Assembly: GCA_963827655.1 (NCBI GenBank)
Contig: CAWHCF010000042.1
Location: 32,001 to 96,000 of the forward strand
Source of the DNA: an uncultured Acidobacteriota bacterium
GTDB taxonomy: Bacteria > Acidobacteriota > UBA6911
Reading direction: 5' to 3'
Length of the DNA: 64,000 bases
The position numbers and the translations under genes were made by a program. Below, piece by piece: positions 21,142-33,147 of the stretch (position 1 is its first letter; every line of letters begins with the position of its first letter). Under the pieces are notes generated by a model that saw nothing but the letters and a program-made list of their open reading frames with translations, did not search any database and was not told the DNA's origin.

Positions 21142-23505
21142 TCAGCGCAAGCTGAATGCCACGATCGTAGTCCCCGCGGCCATCGCAATGTACTGGTTGC
21201 CGTCCACCGTGTACGTCATTGGCCCCGCCTTCCAGCTCTGGCCGGTGTTGAAATGCCAGAGCAGTTTCCCGTTCGTCGCGTCCGCCGCGATAAAGGCGCC
21301 ACTACCGTCTCCATAGAATAACAGCCCGCCGGCTGTGGCCATGAGACCGCTGCCGAGAATCCCGCCTCCTACGTCCGGTATCTCCCAGGCGGTCTTTCCC
21401 GTTTGAATGTCGAGCGCTTTTAGAGACTTCCCCGCGCCATTCTCAACCGGAGCCCGGCGCGTGCCGCCGCCGTAGAACGACTTGCCTGCCTCCCACCACT
21501 GGTCGTTCTTGGTGTAAATGCTGCACGACTCCTCTGCAAACATGTAGAAGAGCCCGGTCATCGGGCTGAACGCCGTCGACGGCCAGTTGGTGGCCCCTGC
21601 GACCGCGGGACAGACGCGCCGGCCTTCCGGTGTCGGCTCATTGCCGGGCAAGAGCTTGGGACGGCCGTCAGGGCCGATGCCGCTCGCCCAGGTCAAATTC
21701 TTGACGAACGGTTCGGCCAGCAGGAACTTGCCCGTCAACCGGTCCAGCACGTAGAAAAAGCCGTTGCGGTTACCCTGAAGCAGCAGCTTGCGCTGCTGTC
21801 CGCGAAACATGGCGTCGACGAGCATCGGCGTCTCGGTCGCGTCCCAGTCGTGCAGGTCATTGGGCGTGAACTGGAAATACCACTTGAGCTTTCCCGTGCT
21901 CGGGTCGAGCGCCAGCACAGAGCAGCTGTAAAGGTTGTCGCCTTTGCGCTCGTCACCGTTGTAGTCGGGACAGGGATTGCCCGTGGGCCAGTAGAGCAGC
22001 TTCGCTTCCGGATCGTAGGTGCCTGTGAGCCACGTCGCGGCGCATCCATGATCGATGGCCCTGCCGCCCCACGTCTCTGACCCCGGCTCGCCCGGCGCGG
22101 GGACTGTCCAGAACCGCCAGGCGCGTTCGCCGGTCGAGGCTTTGTACGCATCCAGGAACCCGCGGACTCCTTCGTCTCCGCCGGAGACGCCGGAAATCAC
22201 CAGATCGTTGACCACCAGGGGCGCGCCGGTCGCTCCGTAATTCTGGCGAGAGTCGGCCATCTCGACGTCCCAGAGCAGCCGGCCGGTATTGCGGTGCAGC
22301 GCGATCAGGTGCGCGTTGTCCGTGACCATGAACACCCGGTCGCCAAGTATCGCCACGCCGCGGTTGATTCCACTGGCGGCATCGCCGGCCAGGCCTTTGG
22401 TGCGCGGGCGGCTGTAATGCCAGATCTCCCGGCCGCTACGCGCATCGAGAGCGAAGGCTTCATTGACTGAAGTGACGTACATGACGCCGTCGGCCACAAC
22501 AGGCGTGACCTGAAGAGCGCGTGGCGCTCCCTGAATCGAGAACATCCACCTGGGCGCGAGCTGCCGGACATTGCGCGTGTTGATCTGGTCGAGCGGGCTG
22601 AAGCGATTGCCGCTCAGGTTCCCGTGGTAGGTCGGCCAGGTGCCGGGCTTCGGCTGCGCTACGTCAGCAAATGGGATTCCAATTCCCATCTCGGCGGCGG
22701 CGACCGGGGCCTTGACGTCAGGTTCAGTCGTAAGACGGCTGAGATAGGCGATCAGGTCGCGCATCTCCGTCACGTTCGCCTCGACCTTCGGCATCACCGA
22801 CTTCTCGCGGACCACCTCGGCGACCTGATCTTTCAAGAGCAGGTGCATCTTTCCGTCGACGGCAAGGAGTTGCAGGTCAAAAGCGCTTTCGTTCTTTGCC
22901 AGGCCGCGGATGGTCTGGCCGTTGCGCAGGCGTACCGTGACAGCCCGTTCCGAGACCGTGGCTCCGCCGCGACCTCCGCGACCGCGCGAACCGGGAGCTG
23001 GTGGAGCAGCGCCGGGTTCACGGAGCGCCTGTTCGATCTGATCCGGCTTTCGATCGCGTCCGACATTGGAAAGGTCGGGGCCGACCACGCCGCCGCGGCC
23101 GCGCACCATGTGGCAACTCGTGCAGTTCCCTTTCCCGTTGAAGAACCGTTCACCCGCAGCGGCATCCCCGGGCGTGCCGCCGCTCGTCGCCGCGGCATCG
23201 GCGGCCGCCGGTTTCAGCGACATGACGTACGTCACGATCGACTCGAGTTCCGGATCAGATATCGGGAAAGGGGGCATGCCCCGGTCAGGAATGCCCTTCA
23301 GGATCAGGTCGCGGACCGCTTCTCTGGAAGCGGCGCGCGGTTGGGGCAGGTTGACGATATTGAACCCGCGTGCGCCGCCCGTTCCATCCTCGCCATGGCA
23401 ACTGGCGCAGCGGGCCTGGAACTGCCTTCTGCCGGATTCGTCGGTCTGGGCGTGTGCGCTGGCCCAGACCAATGCCGCGCAGATTATCAGTGTGGAGATT
23501 CGCAT
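21142..23505 (-). CDS. PQQ-dependent dehydrogenase with two N-terminal c-type heme domains
   Basis: CASCH and CTSCH; WPTYHG..GNRFSPLDQI; LKWYFQFTPNDLHDWD; NRNGFFYVLDR. Confidence 0.85.
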   Translation of the reverse strand: MRISTLIICAALVWASAHAQTDESGRRQFQARCASCHGEDGTGGARGFNIVNLPQPRAASREAVRDLILKGIPDRGMPPFPISDPELESIVTYVMSLKPAAADAAATSGGTPGDAAAGERFFNGKGNCTSCHMVRGRGGVVGPDLSNVGRDRKPDQIEQALREPGAAPPAPGSRGRGGRGGATVSERAVTVRLRNGQTIRGLAKNESAFDLQLLAVDGKMHLLLKDQVAEVVREKSVMPKVEANVTEMRDLIAYLSRLTTEPDVKAPVAAAEMGIGIPFADVAQPKPGTWPTYHGNLSGNRFSPLDQINTRNVRQLAPRWMFSIQGAPRALQVTPVVADGVMYVTSVNEAFALDARSGREIWHYSRPRTKGLAGDAASGINRGVAILGDRVFMVTDNAHLIALHRNTGRLLWDVEMADSRQNYGATGAPLVVNDLVISGVSGGDEGVRGFLDAYKASTGERAWRFWTVPAPGEPGSETWGGRAIDHGCAATWLTGTYDPEAKLLYWPTGNPCPDYNGDERKGDNLYSCSVLALDPSTGKLKWYFQFTPNDLHDWDATETPMLVDAMFRGQQRKLLLQGNRNGFFYVLDRLTGKFLLAEPFVKNLTWASGIGPDGRPKLLPGNEPTPEGRRVCPAVAGATNWPSTAFSPMTGLFYMFAEESCSIYTKNDQWWEAGKSFYGGGTRRAPVENGAGKSLKALDIQTGKTAWEIPDVGGGILGSGLMATAGGLLFYGDGSGAFIAADATNGKLLWHFNTGQSWKAGPMTYTVDGNQYIAMAAGTTIVAFSLR

Positions 23506-23543
23506 TGTTGTCAAGCCGCGGCTAGTTTATACCACGGCATAAC

Positions 23544-23589
23544 GATTCTTGGTGTTTCTTCGCGTCTTCGTGTCTTCGTGGTATTTGTT
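23544..23589 (-). repeat. Family R1 repeat arm
   Basis: gattcttggtgtttcttcgcgtcttcgtgtcttcgtggtatttgtt. Confidence 0.8.
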
Positions 23590-23668
23590 TCGCACGAAAA
23601 AACGGTAAAGATTTTCTTGACCGCCTGGTCCCCTTCGCCATTATATCGTTGCGAGTGGGAGCAAACTT

Positions 23669-25808
23669 ATGCGTTCAAATCTAGCTTGGATTTCTCAGAG
23701 GCTGCTGGTTGCGCTATGTCTGATGGGAGCCCAACCGCTGCTGCTCGCCCAGGATCTCGACTTCACCGCCGGCCTGGACGAGTTCCGCGAACTGCGCAAC
23801 ATGCTCCGCGCCCATGTTCGACGGCTTGGGTTGGAGCACCTTGAAAAACGTCGCGAGGCTGTAGCGCGGTGGACGGCTTCAGACGTCAAGGCGCGCAAGG
23901 CATACGTGCGCGAGCGTCTGCAGGAGTCGCTGGGAGGGCCCTTCCCCGAGCGCACGCCCGCTCAACCCGCGCGTAACCGGCACCGTCGATCGCGGCGATT
24001 ACCGCATCGAGAAGATCGTTTTCGAAAGCCAGCCGTCCTTTTACGTGACCGCGAATTTATACGTACCGGCTCGCGGCCAGCCCCCCTTTCCCGCGGTTCT
24101 GTATCCGCTCGGCCATGAAGCCGGCGCGAAATCGCATCATGCCTGGCAGCAGATGCTCGGCTCGCTGGCCAAGCGCGGATACGTCGCGCTGGCGTGGGAC
24201 CCTGTTGGACAAGGCGAGCGCGTGCAGCTATGGGATCCTGAGGCCGGTGGACCCAAGCTCGCAAGCTCCACAACCGAGCACTCGATGCTGGGTATTCAAT
24301 GTCTTCTGACCGGTGACAATCTTGCTCGCTACACGATCTGGGACGGCATCCGGGCCCTCGACTATCTTCTGTCGCGCAAGGAAGTGGACCCGAATCGCAT
24401 AGCCGTCACCGGCAACTCCGGCGGCGGCACGCACACCGCGTACCTTGCGGCGCTGGAAGATCGCATTCATGTCGCCGCCCCATCCTGTTATCTGACCAAC
24501 TGGCGCCTGTTGCTCGAAACCCGCGGCCCGCAGGATGCCGAGCAGAACCTGCCGCCGTGGCTGGCAGCGGGTCTCGACCACGCCGACTTCGTGCACGCTT
24601 TCGCCGGCAAGCCTTACCTTATTCTGTCCGCGATCCGCGACTTCTTCGCAATTGCCGGGGCTCGGGAAACCTTCGCCGAGGCCAAGCGCGCCTATTCGCT
24701 CATCGGCGCCGCGGACAAGGTGGCGATGGCGGAGGCCGACGACGGTCACGGCTTCAGCCAGCCGCGACGCATCGCCGCGTACACCTGGTTTGATCAGTGG
24801 CTAAAGGGCAAGGCCGGCGAGGCCGCCGAGCCTGAGGTGCACATGGCTACTGAAGATGAACTGTTCTGCACCGAGTCCGGCCAGGTCAATGTCTCGCTCG
24901 GCGGCGAAACCGTGTTTAAACTGAACCGGCGGCGCGCCGACCAGTTCAGCAAGGCGCAGCCCGGCGGCGATCTGGCGGCCCACGTTCGCCGGCTCACCGG
25001 CTACCAGCAGCCGGAGGGTCCGGTGTCGGTGCGCAGTTATGGCGTGATCCGCCGCTCGGGCTACTCGATCGAGAAACTGGTTTACGATAGCGAGCCCGGC
25101 ATCGTCGTGCCGGCGTTGCTCTTTGCCCCCGAATCCGGCGGACCGAAAAAGCCGGCGGTTCTCTGGATTCACGCTCGCGGTAAATCAATCGACGCAGCAT
25201 CCGACGGCGACATCGTTCAGCTGGTTCGCGCCGGAGCCGTCGTCCTTGCCATTGACGCCCGCGGTTATGGCGAGACTCAGCTGGCCACACAACCCGAACG
25301 CATCGACTCGGTTCGAATGTTCGGCGACTTCTACAGCGCCATGACCGCGCTGCTGGTCGGCAAGACACTGGTCGGCATGCGCGCGCGGGACATCATCCGT
25401 GGCATCGACGTGCTGGCCGCTCGCCCGGAGGTTGACCCCCAACGAATCGCTGCTGCGGGCAAAGAAGGCGCCGCCGTGCCGCTGCTGCACGCGGCGGTCC
25501 TGGATCCCCGCATCCGCAAAGTCGCGCTCGAGCGCATGATCCTGTCGTACGCCGCCGTACTGGAGCGCCCGATTCACCGGCAAGTCTTTGAAAGCGTCGT
25601 TCGTGGCGTGATCCGCTCTTATGACTTGCCCGCGCTTGCCGCTGCGATCTCCCGGCCGGTCCTGATCATTGATGCAGTGGATTCAGTGGGCAACCTGGTC
25701 AAGCTGGAACGGGTCCGCAGCGAATACGGGAGCGCCGCCTCCGCGCAGATACAGAGACGTGGCATGAACCAGCCTGCGTCCTCGCTATTTGCCGACCTGA
25801 TCCAATAG
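23669..25808 (+). CDS. Secreted double alpha/beta-hydrolase (acetylxylan esterase-like); +1 frameshift ~23960
   Basis: YRIEKIVFES, DGIRALDYL, nucleophile motif TGNSGGG; second degenerate hydrolase domain. Confidence 0.8.
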
Positions 25809-25854
25809 CCGTCGGCAAAAACAAAAGCCACCACAAAGACGCGAAGAAAACACT

Positions 25855-25940
25855 CTAAGGTTCGTTCGGGGACTTCGCCCCGAACGAAAGGCCCCTTCTG
25901 AACGAAAACATGTTGGTTTGAACGTTTCGCTAAGCGCCTA
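25855..25940 (+). mobile_element. Small non-coding element E2, copy 1 (hairpin with cUUCGc-type loop)
   Basis: Near-identical to the reverse complement of 36940-37023; stem ttcgttcgggg/ccccgaacgaa; preceded by an R1 arm (25826-25854). Confidence 0.7.
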
Positions 25941-26430
25941 TTCCGACGACCTGGCTTCTCCGTTCAAGCAAAACAACGTCTCGCCAGATCCCATTCAGTT
26001 GACCAACGCGTTCGCGAGTTCCAATCTCCCGGAAGCCGCACCTCTTGTGCAAAGCGAGACTCGAGCGATTCTCCGGGAATATGCCGGCCTGCAACGTCCA
26101 TATCCCAAGTTTCTCCGACAGCGCTGCCAGTGCGTCAAGCAAAGCTCGTCCGATCTGTCGACCGCGATACCTGGCTCCCACGTAAATACTTACCTCTGCT
26201 ACACCGGAATATGCGGAACGGCTCGAGACCGGACTCAAGGCGGCCCATCCGAGAATGACATCGCCTGCTTTGGCGACCAATCGACAATTCGTCAGGTGGG
26301 TTGAATCCCATCGCTCCCAGGTTGGCGGTTCTGTCTCAAAGGTAGCATGACCGCTCGAAATCCCTTCGACGTAGATGGAACGTACCTGCGGCCAGTCGTC
26401 AGGTGTCATCGTGTCTATGATGTATTCCAT
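25930..26430 (-). CDS. GNAT N-acetyltransferase, phosphinothricin acetyltransferase (Pat/YncA)-like
   Basis: IYVEGI..ATFET, VAEVSIYV, RGRQIGRALL, IFPENRSSLALH, WRDVVLLERRS. Confidence 0.88.
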   Translation of the reverse strand: MEYIIDTMTPDDWPQVRSIYVEGISSGHATFETEPPTWERWDSTHLTNCRLVAKAGDVILGWAALSPVSSRSAYSGVAEVSIYVGARYRGRQIGRALLDALAALSEKLGIWTLQAGIFPENRSSLALHKRCGFREIGTRERVGQLNGIWRDVVLLERRSQVVGIGA

Positions 26431-26443
26431 CCCCAGACTCAGT

Positions 26444-26509
26444 TTTCTTCGCGTCTTCGTGCCCTCGTGGTTAGCTGAAATACCACCAGGACGCAAAGAC
26501 ACCAAGAAA
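26444..26509. repeat. Family R1 repeat, two-arm palindrome
   Basis: ttcttcgcgtcttcgtgccctcgtggttag...aataccaccaggacgcaaagacaccaagaaa. Confidence 0.75.
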
Positions 26510-26609
26510 TTCATTCGTTGCAATCGTCTTTTTTTCCGGCTAATGTTTGAGACTGTAAGTGTGCGGGGAGCTTCAAGATGGCTTGCGAGTTCCCCGTCCC
26601 CTCTGGCAA

Positions 26610-29105
<2,496 letters not shown>

Positions 29106-29115
29106 TTTTTTTACT

Positions 29116-30558
29116 ATGAATCCTACTCTACTCCAGACCCGCCGGCACTTCTTCTCCGACTGTGCGGTTGGCTTGGGCAAAATCGCTCTGGCTTCGCTAT
29201 TCTGCGGCCCGCAGGTGTTCGCCCAGGAGAAATCCAAGCTCTCAAACCCGCTGGCTCCGAAGAAGCCTCACTTCCCCCCGAAAGCCAAAAGCGTCATCTA
29301 TCTCTTCATGGCCGGCGCCCCGAGCCAGCTGGAATTGTTCGACTACAAACCGAAGCTGAATGAAATCGACGGACAGCCAATCCCCGACTCGTACATGAAG
29401 GGAAAGCGGTTTGCCTTCATGGACACGTTCGCCAAGGAAGTGCCTCGATTGCTCGGCACGCGCCGGAAATTCGCCCAGCATGGCAAGTGTGGCGCCTACG
29501 TCTCGGAATGCCTGCCGCACATCGCTACCGTGGTCGATGATCTGGCCATCGTGCGTTCCGTGTCGACCGAAGTTTTCAATCACGCGCCGGCCAAGGTGTT
29601 CGTCAATACGGGTTCGGCGCAGTTCGGACGCCCGAGCATGGGCGCCTGGATTACCTACGGGTTGGGAAGCGAGTCGCAGGATCTTCCGGGGTTCGTGGTA
29701 CTGCAGTCCGGCCCGCGCGGCCCGCGCGGCGGCGCGGCCAACTGGGGAAGCGGTTTTCTTCCCACCGCCTACCAGGGAGTTCCCTTCAGCTCCGTCGGCG
29801 ACCCGATTCTCAATCTGGCGAATCCCGCCGGAATAGATCCACGTCGTCAGGGTCAGGCCATCGAGGCGCTCCGGGATCTGAACCTGACTCGCCTGTCCGA
29901 AACCGGCGACTCCGAGATCGCCACACGAATCGCGTCTTATGAAATGGCCTACCGGATGCAGACCAGCGCCCCGGAATTGATGGATCTGTCGGGCGAAACC
30001 AAAGAAACGCTCGAACTGTACGGCGTGGAACCTGGGAAGACTTCCTTTGCCAATAATTGTCTGCTCGCGCGCCGCCTGGTGGAACGGGGCACGCGATTCA
30101 TTCAACTCTACCATGCAGACTGGGATCACCACGGCGGGCCCGGACAGGATCTTGACGGGAGTCTCGACAAGGTGTGCAAGGAAGTAGATCAGCCTGTTGC
30201 CGCGCTGATCAAGGATCTCAAGCAGCGCGGCCTTCTCGACCAGACGCTGGTGATCTGGGGTGGAGAATTCGGCCGCACCCCGATGGGCGAGAAGCGCGAG
30301 ACGACCGGCCGCAATCATCACATCGACGCCTATACCATGTTGATGGCCGGCGCCGGAATCAAACGGGGAATCACGATCGGCGCCAGCGATGAACTGGGTT
30401 TTTCTCCGGTCGAAGATCCAGTGCACATCCACGACTTACAGGCTACGCTTTTACACCTTCTTGGAATCGACCACCTGAAACTTACCTTTCGCTTCCAGGG
30501 GCGGGATTTCCGACTCACGGATGTCGCGGGCAAGGTCGTCACCAAGCTGCTTGCCTAG
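29116..30558 (+). CDS. DUF1501 domain protein (Tat-exported)
   Basis: TRRHFF; KAKSVIYLFMAGAPSQLELFD; GEFGRTP. Confidence 0.9.
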   Translation: MNPTLLQTRRHFFSDCAVGLGKIALASLFCGPQVFAQEKSKLSNPLAPKKPHFPPKAKSVIYLFMAGAPSQLELFDYKPKLNEIDGQPIPDSYMKGKRFAFMDTFAKEVPRLLGTRRKFAQHGKCGAYVSECLPHIATVVDDLAIVRSVSTEVFNHAPAKVFVNTGSAQFGRPSMGAWITYGLGSESQDLPGFVVLQSGPRGPRGGAANWGSGFLPTAYQGVPFSSVGDPILNLANPAGIDPRRQGQAIEALRDLNLTRLSETGDSEIATRIASYEMAYRMQTSAPELMDLSGETKETLELYGVEPGKTSFANNCLLARRLVERGTRFIQLYHADWDHHGGPGQDLDGSLDKVCKEVDQPVAALIKDLKQRGLLDQTLVIWGGEFGRTPMGEKRETTGRNHHIDAYTMLMAGAGIKRGITIGASDELGFSPVEDPVHIHDLQATLLHLLGIDHLKLTFRFQGRDFRLTDVAGKVVTKLLA

Positions 30559-30567
30559 CATCTCTCT

Positions 30568-30607
30568 CACCGCCAAGACACGAAGACACTAAGAAACGCT
30601 AAGAATC
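30568..30607 (+). repeat. Family R1 repeat arm
   Basis: caccgccaag-acacgaag-acactaag-aaacgctaag-aatc. Confidence 0.75.
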
Positions 30608-30634
30608 GTTGTACGTCAAGAGTAGAGGGTGAGG

Positions 30635-30785
30635 ATGCAGACAAAGTTGACCTTACGACTGGACGATGAACCGACGCGCGGGCACAACCGGCATCGTCAC
30701 GAGGGACCCTGCTGGTTTCGCAGAAGGGAGCTTGAGGATCTATTCACCGGACGAGTTGATGAGGATGGCTGAGGCTCTGCCGTAA
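30635..30785 (+). pseudogene. Internally deleted toxin-antitoxin remnant (antitoxin N-terminus joined to PIN toxin C-terminus)
   Basis: RBS + MQTKLTLRLDDE, then in another frame GIVTRDPAGFAEGSLRIYSPDELM..* (PIN C-terminal motif). Confidence 0.6.
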
Positions 30786-30819
30786 TAACGGATCGCTAAC
30801 TACGAAGGGAAGCTCGATA

Positions 30820-31890
30820 ATGACGCTGAGCGCTAGAATTTCGATCGTCGCTCTCTTCGGCCTGGCGTTTGCCGGTGCCGGCGCCCAGTCTCCGAGAGTC
30901 GAGTGCATCGCCGGGAGTGGTGATGGCCCGCTGGGTGGCCCTGCCAGGACGGTCAAATTAATCGAGCCATTTGGCGTCGCCTTCGATAGGAGTGACAATG
31001 CCTATATCTGTGAGTACAAGGGGCAGCGCATCAGCAAGCTCGACAAGAGCGGCATTCTCAGCCTGTTCGCAGGCACCGGGAAGATAGCGTACGGCGGTGA
31101 TGGAGGTCCGGCCCGGGACGCGGCATTTAACGATCCCCACGGCCTGGTGATCGGAAGAGATCAGCAACTCTACGTTGCCGACACGCTCAATCACCGCATT
31201 CGAAAGATCGACCTCAAGACCGGCTCCGTCACAACCGTCGCCGGCACAGGCGAGCGTGGTTTTTCGGGCGATCGAGGTCCAGCCACCAAGGCCGCCTTCA
31301 ACGGGGTCTATGCGATTGACATCAACCGGGCTGCGGACAAGGTTTACGCAGCCGACCTGGAAAACCGTCGAATTCGCCTGGTGGATCTGAAGAGCGGCAT
31401 CGTGACGACCGTGGCGGGAAATGGCGACTCGGGCGTCCCGGCCGACGGGGCCGACGCGGCTCAGAGTCCGCTGGTTGATCCCCGCGCGGTCGCGGTCGAT
31501 TCGCGCGGTAATGTCTACATCCTGGAGCGTCGCGGACATGCGCTTCGCGTGGTCGACCCGCAAGGCAGAATCCGAACCCTGATTGGCCCGGCAACCGGCG
31601 ACCGTCCCGCCAGCGGGCCGAAGCTGAACGGCCCGAAACACCTCTGCGTGGATCTCAACGACAACGTGATCATCGCGGACGCTGAGAACAACCTCATCCG
31701 CCGATACACTCCCAAAGACGGGCAAACCGTGACTATCGCAGGGACTGGAGAAAAAGGGGATCTTCTGGTTCCCGACGACCCATTAAAGACCCAGCTGAGC
31801 CGCCCTCATGGGGTCTACGTTCATCGATCGGGGGCGCTGTACGTCTCCGACAGCTACAACCATCGCATCCTGAAGATCACCGGCTGGTAG
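30820..31890 (+). CDS. Secreted NHL-repeat beta-propeller protein
   Basis: Repeated P.GVA.D...YVAD..NHRIR, AGTG..GFSGD.GPA. Confidence 0.85.
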   Translation: MTLSARISIVALFGLAFAGAGAQSPRVECIAGSGDGPLGGPARTVKLIEPFGVAFDRSDNAYICEYKGQRISKLDKSGILSLFAGTGKIAYGGDGGPARDAAFNDPHGLVIGRDQQLYVADTLNHRIRKIDLKTGSVTTVAGTGERGFSGDRGPATKAAFNGVYAIDINRAADKVYAADLENRRIRLVDLKSGIVTTVAGNGDSGVPADGADAAQSPLVDPRAVAVDSRGNVYILERRGHALRVVDPQGRIRTLIGPATGDRPASGPKLNGPKHLCVDLNDNVIIADAENNLIRRYTPKDGQTVTIAGTGEKGDLLVPDDPLKTQLSRPHGVYVHRSGALYVSDSYNHRILKITGW

Positions 31891-31926
31891 ACGCGAAGCG
31901 CGCCAAGTCAGCGACCCATAGCCTCT

Positions 31927-31955
31927 TTGACGTGCATGCAAAACGCATGCACAAT
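31927..31955 (+). promoter_or_regulatory. Putative promoter/operator of TA module 2
   Basis: TTGACG followed by perfect inverted repeat GTGCATGC-aaaac-GCATGCAC (31932-31952) overlapping CACAAT. Confidence 0.6.
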
Positions 31956-31972
31956 TCGAACCGGAGTCCCAA

Positions 31973-32201
31973 ATGGCTATCCTGACAGTAAGGAACGTTC
32001 CGGAAGATATCATCAAGACCATCAAGGCGAGGGCCAGGACCAACGGTCGATCTATGGAGCAGGAGATCAGATCCATCCTGCAATCCGTCGCCATGGACCG
32101 GCAATCGGCCTGTCGATCAGATTGAGCAAGGTTGGAAACGCCAGACCCGTCCGACACGCCGCAAGGAAGTGGACGCCTGGATCCGGAAAAGCCGTCCATG
32201 A
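31973..32201 (+). CDS. FitA-like RHH antitoxin; +1 frameshift ~32114; not in the supplied ORF track
   Basis: MAILTVRNVPEDIIKTIKARARTNGRSMEQEIRSIL; corrected frame ends ccATGA overlapping the toxin ATG. Confidence 0.75.
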
Positions 32202-32614
32202 GCGTCGTGGTGGACACTAATGTTGTCGCATACTACTTGTTGGAAACCGAGCCTTTCACGAGAGAGTGCGCCCTGTTCTGGCGTGGCGCCCGAGAGGTCT
32301 ACGCTCCAATGTCGTGGGAAATCGAGCTTGTCAATACAGTCTGGCTGGCAATCGGCGCCGAGGTGCTCGACCTCAGCGAGGGGATCGAACGCCTGCGTTT
32401 GGGGGCGCAGCTGGGAATCAACTCCGTGCCCGTAGCCGGTCTGTGGGAGGGCACACTGACAAGGGCCACGGCAGCCAATCATCCGGCCTATAATACCGTT
32501 TTTGTGGAGCTTGCCGTCCGGCTACGAAAACCGCTTGTCACTTTCGATCAGGGCCTGCTGCGGAAGTTTCCTGACACGGCTATTCGTCCCAGGCAGTTCA
32601 CCCGTGGCTCCTGA
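32198..32614 (+). CDS. vapC: PIN-domain toxin (VapC-like)
   Basis: VVVDTNVV...WEIELVN...HPAYNTVFVELA...LVTFD. Confidence 0.8.
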   Translation: MSVVVDTNVVAYYLLETEPFTRECALFWRGAREVYAPMSWEIELVNTVWLAIGAEVLDLSEGIERLRLGAQLGINSVPVAGLWEGTLTRATAANHPAYNTVFVELAVRLRKPLVTFDQGLLRKFPDTAIRPRQFTRGS

Positions 32615-32679
32615 CCCCCGGAATGATAGCTCGAGGTTTCGTGTCATTCAGGTTGCCGCACTGCGCGAAGGCAATATCA

Positions 32680-33106
32680 CTACTCGAAGAATCTCGTGCC
32701 CGGGACCAGATGCGCCCGGCAAACTTCCTCGTTCAGATTCACGCCCAGGCCGAGGTTTGTCGGGCACAGTAAGAAATCCGTTCTTGTAGAGCGGTCCATC
32801 CCATTCCACATGTCCCGGATCTTGACCTTGCCAAGACTGGTGGCGGCGGCGGGCAGGGCTTTGACAACCTGGGGAATGGCTGCCATCGTGGCTGCGAAGG
32901 CACCCCCAGCGGTAGCGAAGAATTCTCGGCGGCTAAGGGCTCGCGCAGAAATAACTTCACATTCTGGCGCGAGGGTGGGTTGCTCAATCATGGACCGGTT
33001 TCTGTTTGTTAACACGCTGAGGATCGCGCCCCTTGGGCTGCGGCCTGGGGCCTGCAGCAGAATGCGAACTTATTTCTGCGCGAACCCTAAGACCCCGGTC
33101 GTACAT
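32680..33106 (-). pseudogene. Tat-signal enolase-superfamily (mandelate racemase-like) gene, internally deleted and interrupted by E1
   Basis: GGAGG RBS + MYDRGL|SRREFF...GKVKIRD joined directly to C-terminal-like P..LGLGVNLNEEVCRAHLVPGTRFFE*. Confidence 0.6.
32937..33087. mobile_element. MITE-like element E1, copy 2, with TAA target-site duplication
   Basis: TIR gggctcgcgcagaaataacttc / gaacttatttctgcgcgaaccc; TAA at 32934-32936 and 33088-33090; removal restores GGT CTT AGC CGC CGA. Confidence 0.85.
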
Positions 33107-33147
33107 TGGTTCCTCCAATTCACTCCCGGGTTTCAGAATCCCGATCG

